DNA from: an uncultured archaeon
GTDB taxonomy: Archaea; Altiarchaeota; Altiarchaeia; IMC4; SCGC-AAA252-I15
DNA: 19,290 nt
Assembly: GCA_964587725.1 (NCBI GenBank)
Contig: CAZPLO010000023.1
Coordinates: 1 to 19,290 of the forward strand
Direction of reading: 5' to 3'
Under the pieces are notes generated by a model. That model made no database searches. It was not told the origin of the DNA and saw only the letters and a list, made by a program, of their open reading frames with translations. How positions within the stretch are numbered: position 1 is the stretch's first letter; every line of letters begins with the position of its first letter. Position numbers and translations under genes: made by a program. Below, one piece after another: positions 1 through 6,309 of this stretch.

Positions 1-230
1 CCAAACATTAAATATGCACCCAATAATGCTAGCATAATTCCATACCAACAATAAAGTATTTTTGGAATTGTCTTATTTTTTTCTATATCATACCATGAAG
101 TCATCTTTAGGAAAAACTTATTCCAACTGAGCTGTGAATCATACATTGTTCCACCTAACCACTTATGGTAATAGATAACGATGAATGCAACAAAAAATGA
201 AACCAATCCTACGATAAATTTTTCATTCAT
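1..230 (-). CDS. small membrane protein, 3'-truncated by window edge (hypothetical)
   Basis: Hand translation from ATG at 230: MNEKFIVGLVSFFVAFIVIYYHKWLGG...KILYCWYGIMLALLGAYLMF, open to position 1, with two hydrophobic stretches. 69 G+C in bases 1-240 (~29%). Not in the ORF track. Confidence 0.7.
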   Translation of the reverse strand, partial: MNEKFIVGLVSFFVAFIVIYYHKWLGGTMYDSQLSWNKFFLKMTSWYDIEKNKTIPKILYCWYGIMLALLGAYLMF

Positions 231-315
231 TTTTATTTTTAATTTTCTATTCCACTGAGCCAGATAAAAGATGCAAAAGACGGTTTAAGGGATTTGAACT
301 GTTAGGTGGGGGGTC

Positions 316-362
316 CCAGGCGGGAGTACCACTCGCCATGCGGCTCGCTTACTCCCGCCTGG
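316..362. repeat. perfect 13-bp inverted repeat (CCAGGCGGGAGTA / TACTCCCGCCTGG) with an inner hairpin, downstream of tRNA-Thr
   Basis: Arms 316-328 and 350-362; inner GCC-ATGC-GGC hairpin. Confidence 0.85.
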
Positions 363-398
363 CATATGACCTACAGGCGGTACCAGCGTGACCGGGTT

Positions 399-500
399 AG
401 CCCCAGGCGAGAGTTGAACTCGCGGCCTTTGCCTTTTTGTAACCCCTTTTCACTTGGGGGTTCTACCAAGGCAACGCTCTACCTACTGAGCTACTGAGGC
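399..500 (-). tRNA. trnT: tRNA-Thr(GGU) with a 29-nt intron at position 37/38 (intron 435-463)
   Basis: Reverse complement: acceptor GCCTCAG/CTGGGGC, D arm GCTC-AGTAGGTA-GAGC, anticodon stem TTGCC/GGCAA with GGT at 467-465, T arm GCGAG-TTCAACT-CTCGC, U discriminator, no encoded CCA. 73 nt after intron removal. Intron contains an AACCCC/GGGGTT stem. Confidence 0.95.
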
Positions 501-512
501 AGCCTGTGTGTA

Positions 513-590
513 GCTTTTTCAGGGTCATCAAGTCCCCGTAGGGGGCGAAGATGGCCCCTTAGTCGTCGGCTAACTCCGACTGTTGAAAGT
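513..590. ncRNA. structured non-coding segment upstream of tRNA-Thr (pre-tRNA leader or separate RNA)
   Basis: GGGTCATC (522-529) pairs with GATGGCCC (550-557), enclosing GTCCCC-GTA-GGGGGC; GTCGG/CCGAC hairpin 565-580; weak closing stem 513-521 with 580-590. Confidence 0.45.
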
Positions 591-610
591 TTTTTATTCT
601 AGGGATTAGG

Positions 611-618
611 CTTTTAAA
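611..618 (-). promoter_or_regulatory. putative TATA box (TTTAAAAG) for the tRNA transcript
   Basis: Best TATA-like element upstream of the tRNA on the - strand, preceded by purine-rich AAAGGA (BRE-like). Implies a leader of about 85 nt. Confidence 0.45.
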
Positions 619-623
619 TCCTT

Positions 624-1514
624 TCACGTGGGTTGGATGAATTGGATGCTTAGGCCTAGTAGGAATGCGATTAGGGCGAGGGTCATGGAGAATATGAGGA
701 GGCGTTGGTTGACGTTCGGGGGGGTGGTGTAGGAGGAGAGGATTATGATGTCTGTTGCTATGATGACGATGCCGTAGAGTAGTTCGTTGAAGCCTACGGA
801 GGGTAGGAGTATGGGTGTGATGCTGAAGAACACGGTTACCAGGGCTGCTGAGAACGCTATTTTCTTGGAGGTGTCGACTCCGAAGCAGGTGGGGAGTGTG
901 ACGCTGTAGGCTTTTTTGTCTCCTTCCAGGTCTTCTATGTCCTTTATTATCTCCCTGCTCAGGTTCAGGAGGAACGCGCAAACCGACAGCACGAGGGTGA
1001 GTTTCACGCCGTCGGGGTTCACCCATACAGTCTGCGAGTGGGCGGCTGCGGCGCCGTATATGAACAGGGATGCGATTAGGTAGCTGATGGTGAGGTTCGA
1101 CACCAGCAGCATGCGTTTGCTGTATTTAGCGTACACGACGAGGACTGCGGAGTTGAACAATGATATGGCGAGACAGTAGTCGTTTATGGATTTAGCGAGG
1201 CCCAGGCCGAGGAGAAACATGGTGAACGCCACCATCAACGCGTCGCTCCGCAGCACCCGCCCCGACGGTATGGGGCGTTTAGGGCGGTTGACGCGGTCTA
1301 TTTCCACGTCGAAGTAGTCGTTCAACGCGTTGCCGCCTGCGAGGATTAATGCGGCGGACACTGCTGCGGTGAACACGTCCGCAGTCCGGACCGGAGACCC
1401 CAGGGAAAACACCAGGGCTCCGATGGTGACGCCCGCAAACGCTATGAACGCGTTCCTCAACCGTATCAGGTCCAAGAACGTCTTCACGTGGCCGTAGAAT
1501 TCAGTCAGCTTCAA
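624..1514 (-). CDS. UbiA-family prenyltransferase, digeranylgeranylglyceryl phosphate synthase-like
   Basis: Motifs GGNALNDYFDVEIDRVNRPKRPIPSG and REIIKDIEDLEGD; many TM helices; TTG start with GGTGA SD. Confidence 0.9.
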   Translation of the reverse strand: MKLTEFYGHVKTFLDLIRLRNAFIAFAGVTIGALVFSLGSPVRTADVFTAAVSAALILAGGNALNDYFDVEIDRVNRPKRPIPSGRVLRSDALMVAFTMFLLGLGLAKSINDYCLAISLFNSAVLVVYAKYSKRMLLVSNLTISYLIASLFIYGAAAAHSQTVWVNPDGVKLTLVLSVCAFLLNLSREIIKDIEDLEGDKKAYSVTLPTCFGVDTSKKIAFSAALVTVFFSITPILLPSVGFNELLYGIVIIATDIIILSSYTTPPNVNQRLLIFSMTLALIAFLLGLSIQFIQPT

Positions 1515-1599
1515 CCCGATTCACCTTTCAAATATATGACCCCGGAGACGTTAAATACGGGGTTTGAACGTTGATTAACCCTGGCGTGTAATAGATTCT

Positions 1600-2100
1600 G
1601 TGAAAGTCAGGGCTGCGGAAAAAAGGGATGCAGCCGCCATACGGAGGCTTTACAGGGAGTTCAACCGGGACAGAATAGCCTTGGGAACGGGTGAAGCCGG
1701 CTTCAAGTACCTGGACTCTGAAAGCCGGTGGATGGAGCTGCTCGCCGACAAGGACTGCACCACATTGGTTGCTGAGGAGAAAGGCGTGGTGGTGGGTTTT
1801 ATAACCGTGAGGGCTGACGTCTTCAACCCCTTCTCGAAGGTGGGGCGGATGGGTGAAATAGACTTGATGGTCGTGGAGGAGAAGCTTAGGAGAAGGGGCA
1901 TAGGCACGGTCCTGCTGCGGGAGGCGTTGAATTACCTCGGCGGCAGGGGTTTCACGCACGTGATATTGAATGTGAGGGCGAAGAACCCCGCCAGGTTGTT
2001 CTGGGGGAAGATGGGTTTCAAGGGTGTGTCGGAGTCGGAGTATAGCAGCCCCGGAGGCGGAGAGGAGAAGATAATCTACATGATAAGGAGTGTAAAATAA
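1600..2100 (+). CDS. GNAT-family N-acetyltransferase
   Basis: N-terminal VRAAEKRD; acetyl-CoA motif A VVEEKLRRRGIGTVL; motif B NPARLFWGKMGF. Confidence 0.9.
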   Translation: MKVRAAEKRDAAAIRRLYREFNRDRIALGTGEAGFKYLDSESRWMELLADKDCTTLVAEEKGVVVGFITVRADVFNPFSKVGRMGEIDLMVVEEKLRRRGIGTVLLREALNYLGGRGFTHVILNVRAKNPARLFWGKMGFKGVSESEYSSPGGGEEKIIYMIRSVK

Positions 2101-2119
2101 AGAGGGGGGGGAGGGTTGT

Positions 2120-2305
2120 TTAGTTGTCCTCCCGTTTTTTCGGACGCTGCAGGATGATTTTGCCGTTCACCGGCAGTGCGTCTATGAGGACCGTTATGGT
2201 TTCGTTGCCCTCGAACGCTACCCCAATGTTCGTCCACCTGTCCTTCCCGGAGTCCGGGTCTGACACCACCGTGCTGACCCTCCAGTCCGGCATCTGGCCT
2301 TTCAT
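2120..2305 (-). CDS. 61-aa beta-rich conserved hypothetical protein (WTNIGVAF...LIDALPVNG)
   Basis: Start reassigned to ATG 2305 (MKGQMPDWRV); TTTTAATA box at 2336-2329 fits a leaderless mRNA. The upstream extension in the ORF track overlaps the next gene. Confidence 0.75.
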   Translation of the reverse strand: MKGQMPDWRVSTVVSDPDSGKDRWTNIGVAFEGNETITVLIDALPVNGKIILQRPKKREDN

Positions 2306-2360
2306 AGTTAAGCCATCGCCCGGGGAGCTATTAAAAAAGACCCTAGAGTGGGGGAAAAGT

Positions 2361-2636
2361 TTATTCCTCTTCTTCGCCCCAGTATTTCCGCCAGAACTCC
2401 TCCTCCCTGGCCTTCTTCTCCTCCTGCTCCTCAATCGTTTGCTGGTAGGTTTCGTGGTCTGAGAGGCCTGAGGTCAGTTCCATGGCGCCGCCGTGGAACA
2501 CCAACATGCCGAGGACGAGTAAACCGGCTATGGCTGCCGCCGTGGTGGTGGTTATGACGCCCGCCACTATTAGGACGGCAAGTATCAAAGCAATCGCCAC
2601 AGCCGAGAAAACGGTGATCCTGGTCTTCGACGCCAT
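2361..2636 (-). CDS. small membrane protein (two TM helices, acidic C-terminal tail)
   Basis: Two hydrophobic segments followed by EEQEEKKAREEEFWRKYWGEEEE; AT-rich box 22-29 nt upstream. Confidence 0.75.
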   Translation of the reverse strand: MASKTRITVFSAVAIALILAVLIVAGVITTTTAAAIAGLLVLGMLVFHGGAMELTSGLSDHETYQQTIEEQEEKKAREEEFWRKYWGEEEE

Positions 2637-2687
2637 GTAAATGAATTGGTTCCGGGATTTAATATGCTTAAACCAAAATAGTTTGTG

Positions 2688-3131
2688 ATGGCTTCACTGG
2701 AGGATGCGGTCGAGGCGGCCGTTAAGTGGGAGATGCACGCCCGCGGCAACTACCTCCGCTGGGCCGAGGAATCATGGAAACCGGACGTGGAGACCCTGTT
2801 CAGGAACCTGGCCAAGATGGAGGAACGCCACATACAGTTTCTAGAGGGCCTGGATCTGGGGGGCGACATAGACGTGCAGGTCTCAGGCATAGAGTGGGTG
2901 AACCTCGCCAAGGACATGAGGGCGGTCCCATCCTCCGAAGACCGTAGGCTTAAATCCATATTCGAGTTCGCCATGGACAAGGAAGAGGAGTCCGTGAACC
3001 GCTACATCACCCTGGGCGAGGCTTCAACCGGCAAAGTCCGTGAACTGTTCCTGCGGCTGGCCATGGAGGAGAAACATCACAAGACCATGATAAGGGACGA
3101 ATACCACCGCCTATTCCACCCCACCCCGTGA
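2688..3131 (+). CDS. ferritin-like / rubrerythrin-family diiron protein (no rubredoxin domain)
   Basis: Two repeats of E...Y...LA..E..H (WEMHARGNY...LAKMEERH; KEEESVNRY...LAMEEKHH). Start GTG 2685 or ATG 2688. Confidence 0.85.
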   Translation: MASLEDAVEAAVKWEMHARGNYLRWAEESWKPDVETLFRNLAKMEERHIQFLEGLDLGGDIDVQVSGIEWVNLAKDMRAVPSSEDRRLKSIFEFAMDKEEESVNRYITLGEASTGKVRELFLRLAMEEKHHKTMIRDEYHRLFHPTP

Positions 3132-3168
3132 CCGCCACATTTTTATTTGTGGGTCGTAATAAGAGGAC

Positions 3169-3813
3169 ATGGCCGAGCCGTTCCGCTTCCAAAACTGCCT
3201 GTACATGGTGGAGTCCACCGGCAAAAGCGCCCGGAACCTCCGGGGGCTGCTGGATGCCATGAGGACGGTGGATGACCTCTCCATATTCTGCCATCTCTAC
3301 CTGCCTTTGATGGGCCACCACATCATACCCCCGGAGTACTTGAACGACTTCACCTACTGGATTGGGGAGGTGGTGGGGGACGACCTGCTGGTGGAGAAGG
3401 TGATGAACGTGCACCTGCAGTCGCCGAAGGACATCGGAGCCTTCAGGGACAACATGATACGGGTGCTGGAGGAACACGTGGGCGGCCGGAAGACTCCGAA
3501 GGTTGCTGCGGAGAATGCGTTCTACTTCAACAGGTGCGTGTTGGTGATCTACCCCACGGGGCAGACGGCGTCGAGTGTGCGGGAGTTCGTGGACGTGTTC
3601 GAGGACATAGGGTTGAACAGCATGTTCTACCACATGTTTGTGTCGCCGATGGTGTTCGACGCGCCCGTCAACGACTTCAGCAGGTGGGTTGGGGATGTCA
3701 TGGGCTACCCCGAAGTGGCGGAGGGCCTGGAGAGACTCGACCCCTATGGATACGATTCACTGGAGCAGCTGAAGGAGGATATATTCGAGCTTATAGGGGG
3801 GGAGGTATGGTGA
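3169..3813 (+). CDS. DUF5752 (OrfY-like) protein associated with TreT
   Basis: Internal duplication TG..A......L...S...H...NDF..W.G.V.G; overlaps the start of treT, the usual context for this family. Confidence 0.8.
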   Translation: MAEPFRFQNCLYMVESTGKSARNLRGLLDAMRTVDDLSIFCHLYLPLMGHHIIPPEYLNDFTYWIGEVVGDDLLVEKVMNVHLQSPKDIGAFRDNMIRVLEEHVGGRKTPKVAAENAFYFNRCVLVIYPTGQTASSVREFVDVFEDIGLNSMFYHMFVSPMVFDAPVNDFSRWVGDVMGYPEVAEGLERLDPYGYDSLEQLKEDIFELIGGEVW

Positions 3814-5021
3814 ACATAGAATCGTACCGGGGGGTGGCGGGCGACGAAGCCGTCGACAGCCTCTACGCGTTGAGCGAACGCCTCAACGAGCCGAGCATGC
3901 AGCACGTGAACTCCACAGCCGTCGGCGGGGGGGTGGCGGAGCTCCTCAACCGCCTCATACCGTTGTTCCAGGATTTGGGGGTTGATGCGCGGTGGGATGT
4001 GATAAGAGGTGGAGGCGACTTCTTCCACGTCACCAAGAGGATGCACAACGCACTGCACGGGGCGCCGCTGGATTTGGACAAGAAAGCATGCCAGACGTAT
4101 TTGGAAACCAACGAAGCCAACGCCGTCGACATGGAATTCGACCGTCGGTACACCATAATACACGACCCGCAGCCGGCGCCGCTGATAAAACACCGTGGGA
4201 GGGGGAGTTGGGTGTGGCGGTGCCACATTGACGTGTCCAAACCCCACTTTCAGGTGTGGAAGTTCCTCCGCCGGTTCATGAACAAATACGACGCCACTGT
4301 CTTCTCCATGCAACGGTATGCGCGGGGGGACGTGAAAACACGCCGGTTCCTGATACCCCCGTCCATCGACCCCTTGAATGAGAAAAACAGGGAGCTGAAT
4401 GTGGGGGACGTGGACGCGGTCATGGAGAAGCAGGGGATAAGCAGGGACAGGCCGCTCATCACGCAGGTGTCGCGTTTCGACCGCCTCAAGGACCCCGAGG
4501 GCGTGATAGACGCCTATCGTCTGGTGAAGCGGCACTGCGACTGCCAGCTGCTGCTTGCGGGCGGCGCGGCGGACGACGACCCCGAAGGCCTGGAGGTATA
4601 CCGGGACACGGTGGAGAAGGCCGCCGGCGACCCTGACATACACGTGTCGGCGCGCCACCACACCGACCTGGAGATAAACGCGTTCATACGCGCATCCGAC
4701 GTGGTCATCCAGAAGTCTCTGAAGGAGGGCTTCGGGTTGACTGTGACTGAGGCGATGTGGAAGCGCAAGCCAGTGGTGGCGGCGGCTGTCGGCGGAATAC
4801 CGCTGCAGGTGGCCAACAACCGCACAGGGTTCCTGGTGCATTCGGTGGAGGGGACCGCTCAGAGGATACGCCAGATACTCCACAACAAGTCGCTGGCGGA
4901 TAGAATCGGAGCCGCCGCGCAGGAGCACGTGAGAAACAACTTCCTAGTCACCCGGCACCTGAAAGACTATCTGATACTGATGCACGCGTTGGACGGTGAA
5001 TCCAACGTCATACAGGTTTAG
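3807..5021 (+). CDS. treT: trehalose glycosyltransferring synthase (GT4)
   Basis: HVNSTAVGGGVAELL, FFHVTKRMHNALHG, IHDPQP, WRCHID, SRFDRLKD, QKSLKEGFGLTVTEAMWK. True start ATG 3807 or GTG 3810 after GGAGGT; the ORF-track extension to 3534 overlaps DUF5752. Confidence 0.9.
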   Translation: MVNIESYRGVAGDEAVDSLYALSERLNEPSMQHVNSTAVGGGVAELLNRLIPLFQDLGVDARWDVIRGGGDFFHVTKRMHNALHGAPLDLDKKACQTYLETNEANAVDMEFDRRYTIIHDPQPAPLIKHRGRGSWVWRCHIDVSKPHFQVWKFLRRFMNKYDATVFSMQRYARGDVKTRRFLIPPSIDPLNEKNRELNVGDVDAVMEKQGISRDRPLITQVSRFDRLKDPEGVIDAYRLVKRHCDCQLLLAGGAADDDPEGLEVYRDTVEKAAGDPDIHVSARHHTDLEINAFIRASDVVIQKSLKEGFGLTVTEAMWKRKPVVAAAVGGIPLQVANNRTGFLVHSVEGTAQRIRQILHNKSLADRIGAAAQEHVRNNFLVTRHLKDYLILMHALDGESNVIQV

Positions 5022-5512
5022 AGGCAGACGCCGTCTTTGCATCCGTTGCTGCAGCGTTCAGCCGGCGTAGCCTGAGACACCAGGGTCTGGCCCACCAACG
5101 TCGTCTTTTCAACGCACGTGGACTGCGGCGTCCCCGGATGCCTGCATATGGGGGAGATACGCTGCAGGTACACGTCGCCTTTGTAGCAGATACGCTGCTC
5201 CCTCTGCCCCCCGCAGTCGCCGTTGACGTAGCATTCTATCCGGGCGACTGTGGACGTGGTAGTATACATTGTCGACGTGGTTGTTGACGTCGTAGTGGAT
5301 GTGGTTGACGTCGTCGACGTTGAAGTGGTGGCTTCCTGACCGTCGCATATCCGGTTACTGTTCTCGTCGAGGCAGCATTCGGAACCGGCTTGAATGTACG
5401 GGGGGTTGCAGAGGGAGTAGGTGGTTGATGTTTGGGTGATGGGCAGGGCTTCGGGGCTGCAGCACAGACACCCTGAAAACAACACCAGGAGCATGAATGC
5501 TGGATAGCGCAT
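5018..5512 (-). CDS. Cys-rich secreted lipoprotein with Thr/Ser linker
   Basis: Start reassigned to ATG 5512 (MRYPAFMLLVLFSGCLCC, lipobox-like); CNPPYIQAGSECCLDENSNRICD module, poly-Thr tract, Cys-rich C-terminus. Confidence 0.75.
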   Translation of the reverse strand: MRYPAFMLLVLFSGCLCCSPEALPITQTSTTYSLCNPPYIQAGSECCLDENSNRICDGQEATTSTSTTSTTSTTTSTTTSTMYTTTSTVARIECYVNGDCGGQREQRICYKGDVYLQRISPICRHPGTPQSTCVEKTTLVGQTLVSQATPAERCSNGCKDGVCL

Positions 5513-5526
5513 AGAAGGTATTGGCA

Positions 5527-6309
5527 TTAGGACATTAAATGCATTGTCTTCGACAACCCGGCGACGGCGAACGCCAGCAGCGGCATCAGCAGGAGATTGC
5601 ATATTCCGGATTCTTCATCTTCTTCTTCGGGCGGCGGCTGCGTCGTATCCGAGGTTGAGTCGGGTTCTGCCTCCGGCAGGCAGTCGGGATCGATGCGACC
5701 GTCTTCTGCTCCGTCGCATACATCATCCGCCGAGCCGGTGGGACAGTCTTCTGGACAGTGTATTACGTTCTCGCCTTCCCCGCAGACGCCGTCCGGTTTG
5801 CAGACGACTTCCACGAACGCGGGGTCGGATTCGAATGTGTTCCCGTACTGGTCGTTCACGGAGGCGGGTGGCATCGTTATGGTGCCTATGCTGTCAGCCC
5901 TTATCCGGTACGTGTACTCCCGGGTCTCCATGGGCTGCAGGGTATCTGTCCACCGCATCAATGAAACCTCAAGACCCTCATACTGTACGACATACGGTTC
6001 GGGCGCGTCCAAGTATGTGGCTCCAGCCCTCATGGGGTCCACCACCAGTATCTCCAGCCCCCCGTCGTGTGCGCTGTCGACGGTCAAGGTGACGGTGAAT
6101 GTTTCGCCGACCTCTACCTGTTCGGGGACGGCGCGCTCCAAGATGAGGTCCACGTCGACCGCCTGCGTTTCAGGAGCCTCGTCCAACACGGCCTCCTCCG
6201 CAGGTTCAGCGTCTGCTGGAACCCCGGGCGGCGGCTCCTCGGACAGCGGCTCCAGCGCCGCGGCACAGGATAATAGCAGCAGCAACACGATTAAAGCCTT
6301 CGCTTTCAT
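5527..6309 (-). CDS. secreted Ig-like (DUF11/BatD-like) protein with Cys/Asp-rich module and C-terminal membrane anchor
   Basis: Start ATG 6309 overlaps the upstream stop (ATGA); signal peptide MKAKALIVLLLLLSCAAA; VEVGETFTVTLTV...YTYRIRA...GTITMPPA; CKPDGVCGEGENVIHCPEDC; acidic linker, then SGIC and a hydrophobic tail. Confidence 0.75.
   Translation of the reverse strand: MKAKALIVLLLLLSCAAALEPLSEEPPPGVPADAEPAEEAVLDEAPETQAVDVDLILERAVPEQVEVGETFTVTLTVDSAHDGGLEILVVDPMRAGATYLDAPEPYVVQYEGLEVSLMRWTDTLQPMETREYTYRIRADSIGTITMPPASVNDQYGNTFESDPAFVEVVCKPDGVCGEGENVIHCPEDCPTGSADDVCDGAEDGRIDPDCLPEAEPDSTSDTTQPPPEEEDEESGICNLLLMPLLAFAVAGLSKTMHLMS

Noticed and set aside
286-300. GTTCAAATCCC on the - strand, resembling a tRNA T-loop or CRISPR repeat start
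   Set aside because: No pairing T-stem or cloverleaf around it and no repeated copies.
360-398. SRP Alu-like string (CCUGUAG...AUAUGCC) in the tRNA trailer
   Set aside because: No convincing helix 3/4 pair and no helix-8 CAGG...GNRA...AGCA motif; too short for archaeal SRP RNA.
306-497. 63-aa + strand ORF
   Set aside because: Antisense to the tRNA and its trailer hairpin; no protein-like features.
3534-3806. N-terminal extension of TreT in the ORF track
   Set aside because: Overlaps DUF5752 in another frame; TreT-like sequence begins at 3807 after an SD. Extensions of the ORFs at 2434, 5602, 6525 and 13178 were trimmed on similar grounds (overlap or a better SD/TATA-supported start).
3744-4928. 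394-aa antisense ORF and similar long shadow ORFs
   Set aside because: Expected antisense open frames of GC-rich genes; no motifs.
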